Source: an uncultured virus (IMG/VR IMGVR_UViG_3300047322_001016) (taxonomy: Duplodnaviria; Heunggongvirae; Uroviricota; Caudoviricetes). From it: a stretch of DNA of 64,000 bases. A program made the translations under genes and the position numbers. Below, piece after piece: positions 54,741 through 61,496 of the stretch (the first letter of the stretch is position 1; the number at the start of each line of letters is the position of its first letter). The stretch lies in the IMG/VR virus record IMGVR_UViG_3300047322_001016; one strand, 5' to 3'. The notes below the pieces were generated by a model, which made no database searches, was not told the origin of the DNA, and saw nothing but the letters and a program-made list of their open reading frames with translations.

Positions 54741-56359
54741 CGGACGAAGTCGGCCATCACCGCCGGCGCCGCTGTGTCGAACCCGACGACGTCCAGCTGA
54801 CCCGGATCGTTCGGGTCCGCAATGCTGAAGCCATTCGACACCATTCCCACGACGACGGACTTCGCCTGGATTCCCGACGCCTGGCGGTACTGGTCGAGTG
54901 CCTGCTTCGGATGGATGTTCCCCGCCCACGTCTCGCTGTCGGTGTAGACGAAGAACGCGTCGATCGCCCACTTTTCCTTCAGCGCGTGCAGCATCGGCTG
55001 CGCGCAGTCGGTGCGGTCGAACGGCAGGTGGCTGACCGCGCGGACGGCGTCGTCGAGCCGCTGCCGCCGCGAGATCGGGATCGGCACAAACCCGTGCGTG
55101 AAGCCCATCACCGCAACGTCCTTTTCGGCGTGCAATGTGATCAGCGCCATCGCGACCGACGCTTCCCGCGGCGTCAGCGACGAACCGGCGATCGGGACTT
55201 CGCCGTAGCCGACGCTGCCCATCGACCCGGACACGTCGAGCGCCAATAGGTGCCGCTTGCCGGTCGGCTCGACGTTGTCGAACGCCAGGTAGAACGCGCC
55301 GTCCAATGCGTCCGTGACGTCGGGGATCGGGTTCCACGTGTTGGAGCCGCGGAAGCCCTGGCCTTCCGCGTATGTGCGGAGGGCGATCAGCAACGCCATC
55401 GGGTGCAGACGCGACTTCCTGATCGCGTCCTGCGACGCGAGGGCGTCGGTGACGAGACGCAGATGGTCGCGCGACTGGAGGACGCCGATGCGTGTCATCG
55501 TCGCGAGGTTGCGAACCATTGCGTGCATCGGCATCTTCTGCTCGAGCAGCGCGTTCCACACTTCGATGCTGTTCAGGTGCTCGGACAGGAGCGCTTCGCG
55601 CGGCAGGTTGTACTGCCGCACAAGGTCGGCTGTCTCCTTCGCCGTCTTGGAGCGCTGCGCGGCCTCGAAGCCGTTGATGATCTCCTGCGACTGCACCACC
55701 CATCCGGTCTCCGCGCCACGCTTCTCCTGTGTCGAGCTTGCACCGTGGCAGATCCAGTCGAACACGGCCGCGTTCGCGTCGTTCGACGGGTGCGCGAGCC
55801 GCAGAAGGTCACGGTGCGACCAGCCATCCCTTTGGCGGTACTTGACCGCCTGGTAGGCGAGCTGGTCGGGGTTCTGCGCGTACCACTCGGAGACGGCCTT
55901 GCGAGCCATCCGGCCCCAGCCGCGCATCGTCTCCATGTACGCGACGAAGTGATACAGGTGCGTCGCGATCCGAGCCACCCGCGGCAACGCCTTGCCCGCG
56001 GCCAGCTTCGTCTCCTTGTCGCCGAGCGAAAACGCGACGGCGAGCGCGTACAGCGCCGGGTCGTTCTTCGGCGCCCGTCCGCCTTCCGACACGTCGACGA
56101 TCGCCTGGACTGTGCGGAGACCGTCCTCGGCGACGCAGCTGCGGATGCACTGCACGTTCTCGAACGTCAGCTTGTGCTCGGACGCGTAATACGATCCGCC
56201 TTCGGAACCGAGGATCAGGAAGCGCTGCAGCCGCGTCCAGTCGTCGACGGCCCAGACGAAGCCGCCGGCGCTGTTCTTCACCTGGTCGTCGCGCATCGGC
56301 TTCGACTGGTGGGTGGGGCTCGGCGCACGGGTGCCGTGGACCTTGAGGTAGTCGCTCAT
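54737..56359 (-). CDS. rsr: Ro60/TROVE domain RNA-binding protein (TROVE + vWA)
   Basis: QVKNSAGGFV....W..L.RFLILGSEGGSYY, YQAVKYRQRDGWSHRDLLRLAHP, MIDAS DVSGSM, TDCAQPM, YTDSETW, LDVVGFD. Confidence 0.97.
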   Translation of the reverse strand: MSDYLKVHGTRAPSPTHQSKPMRDDQVKNSAGGFVWAVDDWTRLQRFLILGSEGGSYYASEHKLTFENVQCIRSCVAEDGLRTVQAIVDVSEGGRAPKNDPALYALAVAFSLGDKETKLAAGKALPRVARIATHLYHFVAYMETMRGWGRMARKAVSEWYAQNPDQLAYQAVKYRQRDGWSHRDLLRLAHPSNDANAAVFDWICHGASSTQEKRGAETGWVVQSQEIINGFEAAQRSKTAKETADLVRQYNLPREALLSEHLNSIEVWNALLEQKMPMHAMVRNLATMTRIGVLQSRDHLRLVTDALASQDAIRKSRLHPMALLIALRTYAEGQGFRGSNTWNPIPDVTDALDGAFYLAFDNVEPTGKRHLLALDVSGSMGSVGYGEVPIAGSSLTPREASVAMALITLHAEKDVAVMGFTHGFVPIPISRRQRLDDAVRAVSHLPFDRTDCAQPMLHALKEKWAIDAFFVYTDSETWAGNIHPKQALDQYRQASGIQAKSVVVGMVSNGFSIADPNDPGQLDVVGFDTAAPAVMADFVR

Positions 56360-56391
56360 CTGAACTCCTTGGCAAGAGAAGGGAAAGCGGC

Positions 56392-56511
56392 GGGCGTGAG
56401 ATGGGAGTCGGGTGCCCGAGCGTCACGGGCTTGCTTCTGTGGGCTTCAGGATTCGAACCTGACACCGCCGAACGGAGCCTTGCATGAGATAACCGACTTG
56501 CCCTCCGGCCC
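56392..56511 (-). ncRNA. Y RNA 1 (YrlA-related, has T-arm)
   Basis: 5' GGGCCGGAGGG..GTCGGTTATCT ... CCGAC..CTCACGCCC 3'; TCAGG-TTCGAAT-CCTGA. Confidence 0.8.
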
Positions 56512-56524
56512 TACCGAACATCCG

Positions 56525-56553
56525 ACTGTAAAGCATCAGACGGTTTCCGTCAA
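56525..56553 (-). promoter_or_regulatory. sigma70-type promoter for Y RNA 1 and Ro60
   Basis: TTGACG-N17-TACAGT. Confidence 0.6.
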
Positions 56554-56566
56554 GCAACTAGAGAAG

Positions 56567-56624
56567 GGGCATGTTGTCGGCCACGGGATCTGAATGAGAG
56601 ATAACCCGTTCGGCCATTCGGCCC
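56567..56624 (-). ncRNA. Y RNA 2 (minimal, Ro-binding stem only)
   Basis: GGGCCGAATGGCCGAACGGGTTATCT...CCCGTGGCCGACAACATGCCC. Confidence 0.7.
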
Positions 56625-56820
56625 TCTTGTCCCTCTCTTGCCGGAGAGAATTTCATTCTACTTGGCGCCGCCACTTGAAGGTTGGTGCTGCCGGTGGTAC
56701 GTTCGACTTGTGTCCTCGGAGGCTTCGGCCCAACCGAGAGCCGCAAACCCCCGAAGGCCGGGTGGTCTTTTGCACAGGTTCTCCTTGCAAGACGCCCGGC
56801 CTTCCCCTTGGAAGGAGAGC

Positions 56821-57294
56821 ATGAGCGAACTTCGCAGCGAAGGCACGAGGCCGCGGCGCGTCTACGAAAAAACCGGGTTCACGTCCGATCGTTCCTGGCG
56901 CCACGACAACGTGCTTATTCCCGAGTGGCTTCAGCTGGGGAGGAAGTTCGGCGCGAAAGAGATCCCGGTGGACACAACGCCGCTCGAGGTCGCGCGGAGC
57001 ATGGGGCGGAGGGTGTACGCGCCCGACATCGTTTTCTGCTGTCCCGACGAGGTTTACGTTGACATCAAGGACCCGCAGAAACCCAACCTTGCCATTGCGG
57101 CCGACGAGTTCGAAGAGCAGGAAGCCAACTGGCAGCCGATGGTTTACGCGTGGAAGGAAGGCGACCGGTGGTGCTACGCCAACCACCAGCTGCTCCGCGA
57201 ACGCATGATCCCTGACCGTATGGGCCGCCAACGACGCCCGGGAAACGAAAACGGAAGCGGAATGGACTGGTATTTGTTCAGGAGGGATTTGTGA
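56821..57294 (+). CDS. putative PD-(D/E)xK nuclease
   Basis: APDIVF....VYVDIK; RBS AAGGAG. Confidence 0.55.
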   Translation: MSELRSEGTRPRRVYEKTGFTSDRSWRHDNVLIPEWLQLGRKFGAKEIPVDTTPLEVARSMGRRVYAPDIVFCCPDEVYVDIKDPQKPNLAIAADEFEEQEANWQPMVYAWKEGDRWCYANHQLLRERMIPDRMGRQRRPGNENGSGMDWYLFRRDL

Positions 57295-57318
57295 AGTATT
57301 TTTTGGGCTTGTTGTGAA

Positions 57319-57522
57319 ATGAGCCGAATCGCCGTCGTCCAAACGCCACTAGGTAAAAAATCACATCTCGCCTTTAAAAGAACGGATGTACGTTCTTTTT
57401 GCGGAAGCTCGTTTTCTTCCGGGTTCGACATTGTTGTGTGGGCCGACAAGCCTCCGTCTGATTCATGCGGAATATGTCGCGCGAAATGGAACCGCACATG
57501 TCGGCAAGCAGTTGCTCGTTGA
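57319..57522 (+). CDS. small Cys-containing protein
   Basis: H...CG...CGIC. Confidence 0.45.
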   Translation: MSRIAVVQTPLGKKSHLAFKRTDVRSFCGSSFSSGFDIVVWADKPPSDSCGICRAKWNRTCRQAVAR

Positions 57523-58229
57523 GCATCTACATTCAGCTCGACCTTGGCGGCCCAACATGGGATTGTCCTTTCTGCCCGTACAGGATCCACCACAATCATC
57601 CGACCGGATGGAAGGATGCTGTCACCGCCCACAAGCAGGCGCATCCCGAAAAGCCGAAGCGTTCCTACACGCCGGAGCGGAAAGCTGAGGTCGAGAGGCA
57701 ACTGGCGAAGCACCGGCATATCGCGACCGCGATCGCGCGCTCCTGGGGGCCGATACCAGGGCTCGGGGAGGAAGACGTTGAGCAGGAGGGCCTGATAGCG
57801 CTGCTCGAAGCCCACGAAAACTACGATCCCGGCCGGGGCGTTCCGTTCCCGCGTTTCGCGGAAACCGTGATCAGGCTGCGGATGCACGACCTCGAGACGA
57901 AAGCGAAACGGCAGAAACACGCGCCGCTGAACACGTCTGTGGTGGCCGTGAAAGGGCGGGACGGCCAGGACGTGTTCGTGCTCCAACTGCTGGCCGACCG
58001 AACCCCGAACCCCCATCGGGTGGCGGTCGGCAGGGAGACGCTGCGCGAGCTCGCCCTGGCGATCGAAGACGGCCTCACCGACGCCGAACGGGCAGCGATC
58101 CGTGGCGTCCTGAACGGCCGTCCTTACTCGGAGTTGGCTGCCGGGTTCGAAGCGGGCGAGCGGGGCGTCGACAACGCCGTCCAACGCGCTCGCCGCAAGC
58201 TGCGGCTGATAGCGGAGGGCATGGGGTGA
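57519..58229 (+). CDS. RNA polymerase sigma factor, SigH/Spo0H-like
   Basis: EDVEQEGLIALLEA...YD.....F..FA...I, RQKHAPLN, Y.E.A.......VDNAVQRARRKL; start uncertain. Confidence 0.85.
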   Translation: MSIYIQLDLGGPTWDCPFCPYRIHHNHPTGWKDAVTAHKQAHPEKPKRSYTPERKAEVERQLAKHRHIATAIARSWGPIPGLGEEDVEQEGLIALLEAHENYDPGRGVPFPRFAETVIRLRMHDLETKAKRQKHAPLNTSVVAVKGRDGQDVFVLQLLADRTPNPHRVAVGRETLRELALAIEDGLTDAERAAIRGVLNGRPYSELAAGFEAGERGVDNAVQRARRKLRLIAEGMG

Positions 58230-58337
58230 AAAGCGGTGTGACGCTTGCGCGCCCTTTGCTCTACCAACTGAGCTACGGCTAACCAACACCGACTGGAATC
58301 GAACCAGTGACTGAAGGTAACCACTCTTCTTCGGCCC
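58217..58337 (-). ncRNA. yrlA: Y RNA 3 (YrlA type, permuted tRNA module)
   Basis: GGGCCGAAG..GGTTACCT, T-arm ACTGG-TTCGATT-CCAGT, closed acceptor, D-arm TAGCTCAGTTGGTAGAGC, 3' CCATGCCC. Confidence 0.88.
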
Positions 58338-58361
58338 TTCCGAACTGCGATCTTACACAGC

Positions 58362-58452
58362 GGGCATGTTGTGGGTGGCGGGCCCCGGGTTCGAACCGGG
58401 AGCTGGCTTGGGAAGCCAGTTTCTTACCAGATAACCGCGATCCCTTCGGCCC
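58362..58452 (-). ncRNA. Y RNA 4 (T-arm only)
   Basis: GGGCCGAAGGG..GGTTATCT, CCCGG-TTCGAAC-CCGGG, 3' ACATGCCC. Confidence 0.78.
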
Positions 58453-58471
58453 TGCTGACAATCTTGTTGAC

Positions 58472-58567
58472 GGGCATGGTGTGGGAGACGGAGTGGGAGC
58501 CTCTCGGCTTGATCCCGGTGAAGCAGCCTTCTCGGCTGTGGCAGATAACCGTCTTGCCCTTCGGCCC
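58472..58567 (-). ncRNA. Y RNA 5 (non-tRNA effector domain)
   Basis: GGGCCGAAGGGCAAGACGGTTATCT ... CCGTCTCCCACACCATGCCC. Confidence 0.78.
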
Positions 58568-58592
58568 TGTCGGACGGTGTTGTATCACAGGC

Positions 58593-58715
58593 GGGCATGG
58601 GGTGGAAACTGGTGTTAAGCGTCCTAGCCACTAGACGACCCCGACGCGATGTCGGGGGCGGGAGTCGAACCCGCGTCTCTCTCGCCAGATGAGATAACCA
58701 GTGTTCCTTCGGCCC
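58593..58715 (-). ncRNA. yrlA: Y RNA 6 (YrlA type)
   Basis: T-arm GCGGG-TTCGACT-CCCGC, closed acceptor CCCCGAC/GTCGGGG, D-arm GTCTAGTGGCTAGGAC. Confidence 0.88.
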
Positions 58716-58737
58716 TACCTGAAATCTTCATTCGCAC

Positions 58738-58867
58738 GGGCATGGTGTGAGTGATCCCGTAGACGCTCTTCCAACTGAGCTACACGCTCACCTTGTAGGG
58801 CTACCGCGTGGCGGGGCTCGAACCCGCGACCTTCCTCTTATCAGGAGAAGAGACCTCTCTTCGGCCC
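58738..58867 (-). ncRNA. yrlA: Y RNA 7 (YrlA type)
   Basis: GGGCCGAAG, T-arm GCGGG-TTCGAGC-CCCGC, CACGC/GCGTG closed stem, D-arm TAGCTCAGTTGGAAGAGC, 3' CCATGCCC. Confidence 0.85.
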
Positions 58868-58934
58868 TGCGCGAAAGCAGACCATACACGATCTCCGATC
58901 TCGTTACTAGTGGCCGCGCCGCTCGGTCGCTGGC

Positions 58935-59399
58935 CTAGCGCGTCACGAACTCGTAAGCCACGAACCCGCCGCCTTCGCTCTCTTCCGACGTCGCCAGCCC
59001 AAGGTCGACGAGGGTGTGCTTCTCGACCACGTCGCCGCGTTCGAGCCACGGCGTCTCGTCGTCTTTCACGGCCCTCACGTCGACGGACAGGTGCGGCCAC
59101 GCCGTCTCGTTTGAGGCCCGTAGGAACATCGCCCCGAGGCCGTTCGGGATCACCAACAGCCAGGTTTCCGACACCCGCTCTTTCGTGCCGCCCTTCCCGT
59201 CCGCGTCGTGCAGGACGGAGACGCGCTTCTCGATCCACGCCGACGGAGGCAACGTCAGACGGCACTCGCCCAACGATCCGGTCGACACGTTGATGCAATC
59301 CCCGGGCTTCGTCGGCATCGACGCAGACGTTCTCGCCGGGTCGTTCACAGTTGTAGAAAGGGAGCGAGCACCGCTCGCTGAAAGCGTCACACTCGACAT
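58935..59399 (-). CDS. hypothetical protein
   Basis: RBS AAAGGAG. Confidence 0.65.
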   Translation of the reverse strand: MSSVTLSASGARSLSTTVNDPARTSASMPTKPGDCINVSTGSLGECRLTLPPSAWIEKRVSVLHDADGKGGTKERVSETWLLVIPNGLGAMFLRASNETAWPHLSVDVRAVKDDETPWLERGDVVEKHTLVDLGLATSEESEGGGFVAYEFVTR

Positions 59400-59564
59400 C
59401 TTGGCTCCTTTCCTCTCGTGAGGAAGGTTGTGGATTCCATGGGTGCCCACATCTAGGGCCGTGCGCGGGTCGCGGGTGGACAGGAGCCGAGCCGAGCGGC
59501 GCGGTAGACCAACCTTACATCGGCGGGCGGTCGCTCCGGAATTCCGGAGGCCCGAGCTGCTCGA

Positions 59565-59837
59565 TCAACGCTGGCCGAGCAGGACGCGCTCTTCGACGCC
59601 CGCCGAAGCCGCGATCTCCGCGATCAGCTCGCGTCGTTCGTCCATGAGGCCCGTCAGCGTCTCCGAGAGAAGAACCCTTTCGATGGCCGCCGCGCGGACT
59701 TCTTCGTGGATCTCCGCCAAACGCTCGAAACGAGCTAGCTCCGGCTCGATCGTCGACACGTCAAGCGGGCCGTCGGACAGGTGGCGCGCGAGACACATTG
59801 CTTCCGGAAGTGTGTCGTAGGCGTCGATTGCTTCCAT
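59565..59837 (-). CDS. hypothetical protein
   Basis: helical acidic ORF. Confidence 0.55.
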   Translation of the reverse strand: MEAIDAYDTLPEAMCLARHLSDGPLDVSTIEPELARFERLAEIHEEVRAAAIERVLLSETLTGLMDERRELIAEIAASAGVEERVLLGQR

Positions 59838-60104
59838 CACGAAGACGGTATAGGATCGCCGCCATCCAATCAAGGAGGACAAGGTGATCACGTGCCCGTG
59901 CTGCTACGCGACGCGGATCGACGGCACCGCCCCGCACGGAGAAGGACAGCCGTGCCCGTCGGCTGAGCGGATGTTGGAAGCACAGCTTGGGGAGACTCAG
60001 GCGAAAACCGAGTTGCTGCACGCTCAGCGCGACGCAACGATCTTGGCGAGAAACAGGTAGGAGAAACTGCCCGCAGCGACAGCGCTGTCGCTGCGGGCAG
60101 TGAT

Positions 60105-60494
60105 CTACGCGACGTCGATCGCCTGCTTCGCGCGTTCGCTCGAAGTGACCTGGCCGATGTCTGGGTGGATCACGAGCCGACCTTTCCATGAGTACTCGGC
60201 TCCCCACTCTTCGTTCAGGTTCCGCTCGATCACGCACTCGCCGTAAGAACACGACGGCCGCACCGCGGCCATGTCACAGCGTTTCCCGTACTCGAGCAGC
60301 GTCGACTCTACTTCGGATGCCGACCGTCCGAACGCGTCGACCCTGACTCTCGAGACCAACCCAGGGAACGGGTCTTCCTGTCGCGTGACGACGAACCCTC
60401 GAACGTCGCACCATTCTTTCAGCTTCGCGACGAACTGTTCTTCGTCCGAAGTGATCGGCTCGTACTGTCGCAGGTAATCCGTGGGAAAGCTCAT
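60105..60494 (-). CDS. hypothetical protein
   Basis: RBS AAAGGAG. Confidence 0.65.
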   Translation of the reverse strand: MSFPTDYLRQYEPITSDEEQFVAKLKEWCDVRGFVVTRQEDPFPGLVSRVRVDAFGRSASEVESTLLEYGKRCDMAAVRPSCSYGECVIERNLNEEWGAEYSWKGRLVIHPDIGQVTSSERAKQAIDVA

Positions 60495-60654
60495 CCGAGC
60501 TTCTCCTTTCCGAGCGGCATCCACCGCTCATCGATGGACGGAGAGTACTCCGCGGTCGTGACAGACTTGCGCTGACCTAACGCCGGCGGTAAGGTTGCGA
60601 CATGCAGGCTCGAGACGCTCTCTTCTATTTCCGGTTGCTAGCCACGCCCTTCAT

Positions 60655-60727
60655 GGGTGCGTAGCTCAACCGGAAGAGCCCTCGCCTGTAAAGCGACAAG
60701 ATCTAGGTTCAACTCCTAGCGCACCCA
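60655..60727 (+). tRNA. tRNA-Tyr(GTA), short variable loop
   Basis: CT-GTA-AA; 5-nt variable region. Confidence 0.85.
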
Positions 60728-60734
60728 CTCACCT

Positions 60735-60809
60735 GCCGGACTAGCCCAATTGGCCAGAGGCACACGGTTCAGGACCGTGGTGTTGTGGGTTCGAGTCCCA
60801 CGTCCGGCA
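60735..60809 (+). tRNA. tRNA-Leu(CAG), short variable loop
   Basis: CACGG-TT-CAG-GA-CCGTG. Confidence 0.88.
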
Positions 60810-60810
60810 T

Positions 60811-60885
60811 CCCGGCGTATCCCAATTGGCTAGAGGAACTAGGTCGAGAGCCTAGTGGTTGCTGGTTCGAGTCCAGCCGCCGGGA
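60811..60885 (+). tRNA. tRNA-Leu(GAG), short variable loop, C33
   Basis: CTAGG-TC-GAG-AG-CCTAG. Confidence 0.82.
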
Positions 60886-60888
60886 CTG

Positions 60889-60961
60889 CCCCGACTACCC
60901 CAATAGGCTAGAGGGCCTGGTCCAAACCCAGGAGGTCTCGGTTCGAATCCGAGGTCGGGGA
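60889..60961 (+). tRNA. tRNA-Leu(CAA), short variable loop, C33
   Basis: CCTGG-TC-CAA-AC-CCAGG. Confidence 0.8.
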
Positions 60962-60965
60962 TTGA

Positions 60966-61037
60966 TGTCGCGGGAAGGATTCGAACCTTCGGCCGACGGC
61001 TTAGAAGCCGTCCCTCTGTCCGCTGAGTTACCGCGAC
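60966..61037 (-). tRNA. atypical tRNA, Arg(TCT)-like body with non-7-nt anticodon loop
   Basis: GACGGC-TTCTAA-GCCGTC (6-nt loop, or 8-nt if the inner pair opens); A20-type D-loop. Confidence 0.65.
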
Positions 61038-61150
61038 CTGGCGAGAAATCTATCTGCCAAACGAGAAGGGCCGCCGGAAACGGCCCTTCTCGTAGTCGAC
61101 GGAGATCGACGTGCCCGACCATGGGGCCGAACACAACGAGTATATACCTA

Positions 61151-61222
61151 TGGGCCGTCTCAGACTCGAACTGAGATTGCAAGGTTAAAAGCCAAGTCGC
61201 CTACCAGTTGGCGGAACGGCCC
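61151..61222 (-). tRNA. tRNA-Lys(TTT)
   Basis: CT-TTT-AA; two T-T mismatches in the anticodon stem. Confidence 0.75.
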
Positions 61223-61231
61223 GAGCGCTGG

Positions 61232-61483
61232 TTAGCGCTCGGGTTTCGACTGGACGGTGAGGTCTTCGGTGCCGACGAACGCGACGTTCTCGAATGTTTC
61301 GTGGAAAACCTTCCACTCGGACGGGTCGTACGGTGCTTCGTGGAAGTTCCCGTCGTCGCCCAGGCGAAGGCAGCCGACGTCGAGGCTGCCCTCGTCGAGG
61401 ATCAGGTAGGAGCCGTCGGACGGAAGACGGAGCCTTCTGACTCCGTCTTCGTCCGGCTCGATGTTGAGAACCAGTCGGGACAT
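61232..61483 (-). CDS. hypothetical protein
   Basis: acidic 83 aa ORF. Confidence 0.55.
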   Translation of the reverse strand: MSRLVLNIEPDEDGVRRLRLPSDGSYLILDEGSLDVGCLRLGDDGNFHEAPYDPSEWKVFHETFENVAFVGTEDLTVQSKPER

Positions 61484-61496
61484 GCCCGACAGGGTA

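Larger units (their letters stand above)
816..59549. repeat. dispersed palindromic repeat family TCCGGA(A/T)TTCCGGA, about 30 copies
   Basis: 16-mers read at 816, 1098, 1874, 2460, 3042, 3958, 4513, 4953, 5583, 6206, 6520, 6833, 7225, 7556, 7944, 8130, 8356, 8628, 8935, 10314, 11364, 11720, 15235, 16219, 21585, 25727, 32292, 35261, 50945, 59534 (8130 and 8935 have one mismatch). Confidence 0.95.

Noticed and set aside
56715..56735. GGGCCGAAG on the minus strand as an eighth Y RNA
   Set aside because: No GGTTATCT and no matching CATGCCC end of its own; better explained as a GGC-TTCG-GCC tetraloop hairpin on the plus strand.
58217..58867. Y RNA repeats as ordinary tRNAs, pseudo-tRNAs or a CRISPR array
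   Set aside because: The T-arm precedes the D-arm, there is no anticodon, and the conserved ends pair with each other; this fits Y RNA next to Ro60.
60966..61037. Evidence for amber stop-codon reassignment
   Set aside because: The CTA register needs a bulge, and conserved genes are not interrupted by TAG; many end normally in TAG.
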